Part shown: positions 29,405 through 32,000 of the stretch, piece by piece
How the letters are laid out: each line of letters opens with the position of its first letter
Numbering within the stretch: position 1 is the stretch's first letter
Assembly: GCA_964640345.1 (NCBI GenBank)
Contig: CAZXFU010000002.1
Span: 1-32,000 of the forward strand
From: an uncultured Eubacteriales bacterium
Lineage (GTDB): Bacteria > Bacillota > Clostridia > TANB77 > RGIG9151
DNA length: 32,000 nt
Direction: 5' to 3'
Translations under genes and position numbers: made by a program
The notes under the pieces: model-generated
Database searches by the model: none
Seen by the model: the letters and a program-made list of their open reading frames with translations, nothing else
Told to the model about the DNA's origin: nothing

Positions 29405-30163
29405 CTAAAATTTCTTTTTACTGTAAATAAATCTTTTAATTTCAGTCAAAACATCATTATATTTTATAGACTTTAGTTTCGGGAAAGCCATGATAAGCCT
29501 TTTATGTTGCTTGCTTAGTGTCTCTGTAAAAATTTTATATAATAAACTTTCAGGAACATGCGACTTTATTTTTTCAATAGCCTCTTCCTTATACGAACTT
29601 ACTGTCTTAACAACGCTTTCTTTCTTCTCTTCTAATACCTTCTTTAGCTCCTCCAACTTCTTGTCAAAGTTAGCAACAGCTAAGAATGTAATAATATTGT
29701 CTACCATATATCCTGCTAAAAATAAAATGACGAAAATGTGCAAAATAACTTTTGGCACCATATTAATGCAACCAATAACAAAAGGATGTACAAACTTTAT
29801 AAGCAGTACAGAAAAGGTACCAAATACTACGGCACCAATTACACAAACTCTGCCATTAATATTAAACTTTTTATCTGAGTAATCCCACCACCTTGCGTGA
29901 AACATCTTCTCCATAGCAAACGAAGTCAAATATTCAAGGCTGCATGTAAGTAAAACACCTAAGAAAAAAATTTCAAACGCATTATTAAATTTTCCTAAAC
30001 AAATAATATCCAAAAGAGCTCCAAAACCATAAATAGGACAATACGGGCCATTTAAAAATCCTCTGTTTATCCATTTCTTTTCTGTAATCGAGCAAAGAAT
30101 ACTCTCATAAAGCCAACCAATAAAACTATATATAATAAACCATAAACAATACGTTTCAACCAA
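29405..30163 (-). CDS. Polytopic membrane protein (resembles the 'putative ABC-transporter type IV' / CmpB-like family)
   Basis: 252 aa. The N-terminal half has several TM helices and the pattern FIIYSFIGWLYESILCS...RGFLNGPYCPIYGFGA that I associate with that family. The C-terminal tail is charged. It lies 3 nt downstream of the HD-domain gene. Confidence 0.7.
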   Translation of the reverse strand: MVETYCLWFIIYSFIGWLYESILCSITEKKWINRGFLNGPYCPIYGFGALLDIICLGKFNNAFEIFFLGVLLTCSLEYLTSFAMEKMFHARWWDYSDKKFNINGRVCVIGAVVFGTFSVLLIKFVHPFVIGCINMVPKVILHIFVILFLAGYMVDNIITFLAVANFDKKLEELKKVLEEKKESVVKTVSSYKEEAIEKIKSHVPESLLYKIFTETLSKQHKRLIMAFPKLKSIKYNDVLTEIKRFIYSKKKF

Positions 30164-30166
30164 ATT

Positions 30167-30634
30167 TTACCCCTCCACTTTAAAATTAAATCTTTTTATA
30201 TAAAAAGTCTCAAATATAGCATACAGCTTATCAACCAAACACAAAATTACACTTTCTTTATAACGAGGTGGGGTAATATTAAGCGGAAACATATGCCTTA
30301 ATATCATATCCCTTTCAACCTTATTGAGCTTAAATTTCTTTCTTGCATTTCTTAAAGCCGTTCTAGGATGAGTAAAACCATGCCATTTATGACTATCGTC
30401 CGCCACATGCCAGTCATATAAAAAATAATCATGAAGTAATGCACCTCTAACAAGATTTCTCTCATCAACCTTGATATGAAGATGCTCTGCAATATATACA
30501 CACATACAAGCAACATTAACACAATGCTCAAATACACTTGTATTACCATGCTGGATGTACTTTTTTGTTGATTGCATACCGTCTGACGAAATAATATCTT
30601 TCCCATACAAAAGTACAACATCTTCAGCTTTCAT
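30167..30634 (-). CDS. HD-domain phosphohydrolase (small, single domain)
   Basis: 155 aa. The H...HD pattern (FEHCVNVA...GALLHDY) and a further conserved His/Asp (LVDKLYA). Confidence 0.82.
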   Translation of the reverse strand: MKAEDVVLLYGKDIISSDGMQSTKKYIQHGNTSVFEHCVNVACMCVYIAEHLHIKVDERNLVRGALLHDYFLYDWHVADDSHKWHGFTHPRTALRNARKKFKLNKVERDMILRHMFPLNITPPRYKESVILCLVDKLYAIFETFYIKRFNFKVEG

Positions 30635-30716
30635 AAAAACACCTCAAGATATTATAATACATTGGAATGTAATTTTCAAATCTTCCCATAATTCTACTGT
30701 GCTCTTAGTTAAAATA

Positions 30717-30749
30717 AAAAGGTAAGCCTCAATTTAAGGCTTGCCTTTT
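30717..30749 (-). terminator. Rho-independent terminator downstream of thrS
   Basis: On the minus strand: AAAAGGCAAGCC-ttaaattga-GGCTTACCTTTT followed by TATTTT. It begins 14 nt after the thrS stop. Confidence 0.7.
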
Positions 30750-30762
30750 CATTTTTTTCTAA

Positions 30763-32000
30763 TTATAAAGCTTTTTCATCTCTTTCTTTAACAACCATAC
30801 TAACAGCTTCTTCAATGTCCATTGCTCCTATGTCTCCGTCTTTTCTCTTTCTTATGGCAACTTTGTTAGCCTCTATTTCCTTATCTCCGACAACAAACAT
30901 ATAGGGAACTTTTTCCATTTGAGCCTCTCTGATTTTATAACCGATTTTCTCATTTCTGTCATCTAATTCGACTCTTATACCATATGATTCAAGTTTCTCT
31001 TTAACGTTCTTAGCATACTCATGATGAGCCTCTGCAATAGGCAATATCTTAATTTGAACAGGAGATAACCAAAGCGGATATGCACCTGCAAAATGTTCTG
31101 TAATAATACCGATAAATCTCTCAAACGAACCTAAAATAGCACGATGAACCATTATAGGCATCTTTTTGTTTCCTTCCTTATCAATATAAGAAAGATTAAA
31201 TCTTTGAGGAAGTTGGAAATCAAGTTGAACTGTACCCATTTGCCATTCTCTTCCCAAACAATCATGCATCTTAATATCAATCTTAGGGCCGTAAAAAGCA
31301 CCGTCTCCCTCATTTATTCTATAATTATTTTCACCGCAAATTTCATTTAATACCTTCTTAAGATCGCTCTCTGCCTTGTTCCACGTTTCAATCTCACCCA
31401 TAAAATCGTCTGGTCTTGTTGAAAGTGTAAGTTGATATTCTAGACCGAAAACACTATACATCTCAGTCGCAATTTCAATAATATCCTTTATCTCACTTCC
31501 AATTTGATCTTCTGTTATATAGTTATGAGAATCATCTTGTCTGAACATTCTAACCCTAAACAAACCATTTAACTGACCCGATTTTTCATTTCTGTGAATA
31601 ACATCAACGTCGCTAAATCTAAGCGGTAAATCTTTATAACTTCTTAACTTACTTTGATAAATCTTAATAGAGTTAGGACAGTTCATAGGCTTTAATGCCT
31701 GCTCATTACCATCAGCATCTTCTAAAACAAACATATCCTCTTTATAATGGTCCCAATGTCCTGAAATTTTCCATAGTACACTACTATTTAATTGAGGACC
31801 GGAAAATTCTTGATATCCCCTCTTTTTATGCTCTTCTCTCCAAAACTCAATTAATGTATTAAGCATCGTAAATCCTTTTGGAAGCCAATAAGCCATGCCA
31901 GGAGCAGTCTCATCAAAAAAGAATAAATCAAGTTCTTTTCCGAGCTTTCTGTGATCTCTTTTCTTAGCCTCTTCAATTAAATTTACATATTCATCAAGCT
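30763..32000 (-). CDS. thrS: Threonine--tRNA ligase, C-terminal ~410 aa (5' part lies beyond the right edge)
   Basis: The frame stays open upstream of the ORF-track Met. My translation of 32000-31897 gives ...LDEYVNLIEEAKKRDHRKLGKELDLFFFDETAPG, followed by MAYWLPKG, which is the ThrRS catalytic-core entry. Class II motifs and the C-terminal anticodon-binding domain follow. Confidence 0.95.
   Translation of the reverse strand, partial: LDEYVNLIEEAKKRDHRKLGKELDLFFFDETAPGMAYWLPKGFTMLNTLIEFWREEHKKRGYQEFSGPQLNSSVLWKISGHWDHYKEDMFVLEDADGNEQALKPMNCPNSIKIYQSKLRSYKDLPLRFSDVDVIHRNEKSGQLNGLFRVRMFRQDDSHNYITEDQIGSEIKDIIEIATEMYSVFGLEYQLTLSTRPDDFMGEIETWNKAESDLKKVLNEICGENNYRINEGDGAFYGPKIDIKMHDCLGREWQMGTVQLDFQLPQRFNLSYIDKEGNKKMPIMVHRAILGSFERFIGIITEHFAGAYPLWLSPVQIKILPIAEAHHEYAKNVKEKLESYGIRVELDDRNEKIGYKIREAQMEKVPYMFVVGDKEIEANKVAIRKRKDGDIGAMDIEEAVSMVVKERDEKAL

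Overview
This is an AT-rich, gene-dense chromosomal segment that looks like a low-GC Firmicute (Clostridia-like), read with the standard genetic code. This taxonomic guess rests on gene content, gene order and Shine-Dalgarno (SD) usage.

Almost everything is core housekeeping, arranged in a few long co-directional blocks:
- (i) Minus strand, 14.7 kb down to 1.7 kb: murC, ligA, an MGDG-synthase-like glycosyltransferase, gatC, gatA, gatB, miaB, an unknown 364-aa protein, and mutS. A terminator follows, then type IV pilus genes: pilC and a pilin that runs off the left edge.
- (ii) Plus strand: spoVG, convergent with hup (HU).
- (iii) Minus strand: maf, an S66 LD-carboxypeptidase, a YfhO-family membrane protein, a biotin ligase and dusB, with overlapping stop/start codons.
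- (iv) Plus strand: an unknown 462-aa protein, smc and tatD, followed by tRNA-Ser(CGA), tRNA-Pro(CGG) and tRNA-Leu(CAG).
- (v) Minus strand: thrS (5' part off the right edge), then an HD-domain protein and a small polytopic membrane protein.

I see no CRISPR array, transposase, integrase, phage gene or recognisable defence system.

The only stretch not explained by housekeeping is about 21.47-24.65 kb. It holds four items:
- a compositionally anomalous, C-rich 71-codon Cys-containing ORF with a strong SD;
- a ~125-nt nested inverted-repeat element;
- a TM-GAF-GGDEF diguanylate cyclase;
- a 462-aa protein that appears to combine a catalytically degenerate PLD-like domain with a B3/pseudobarrel-like DNA-binding domain. 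Its stop codon lies 11 nt upstream of smc.

These items and the 364-aa protein between miaB and mutS are the best candidates for follow-up. None is demonstrably a new system from the sequence alone. All family assignments come from reading the supplied translations and from remembered family motifs. No database search was run.
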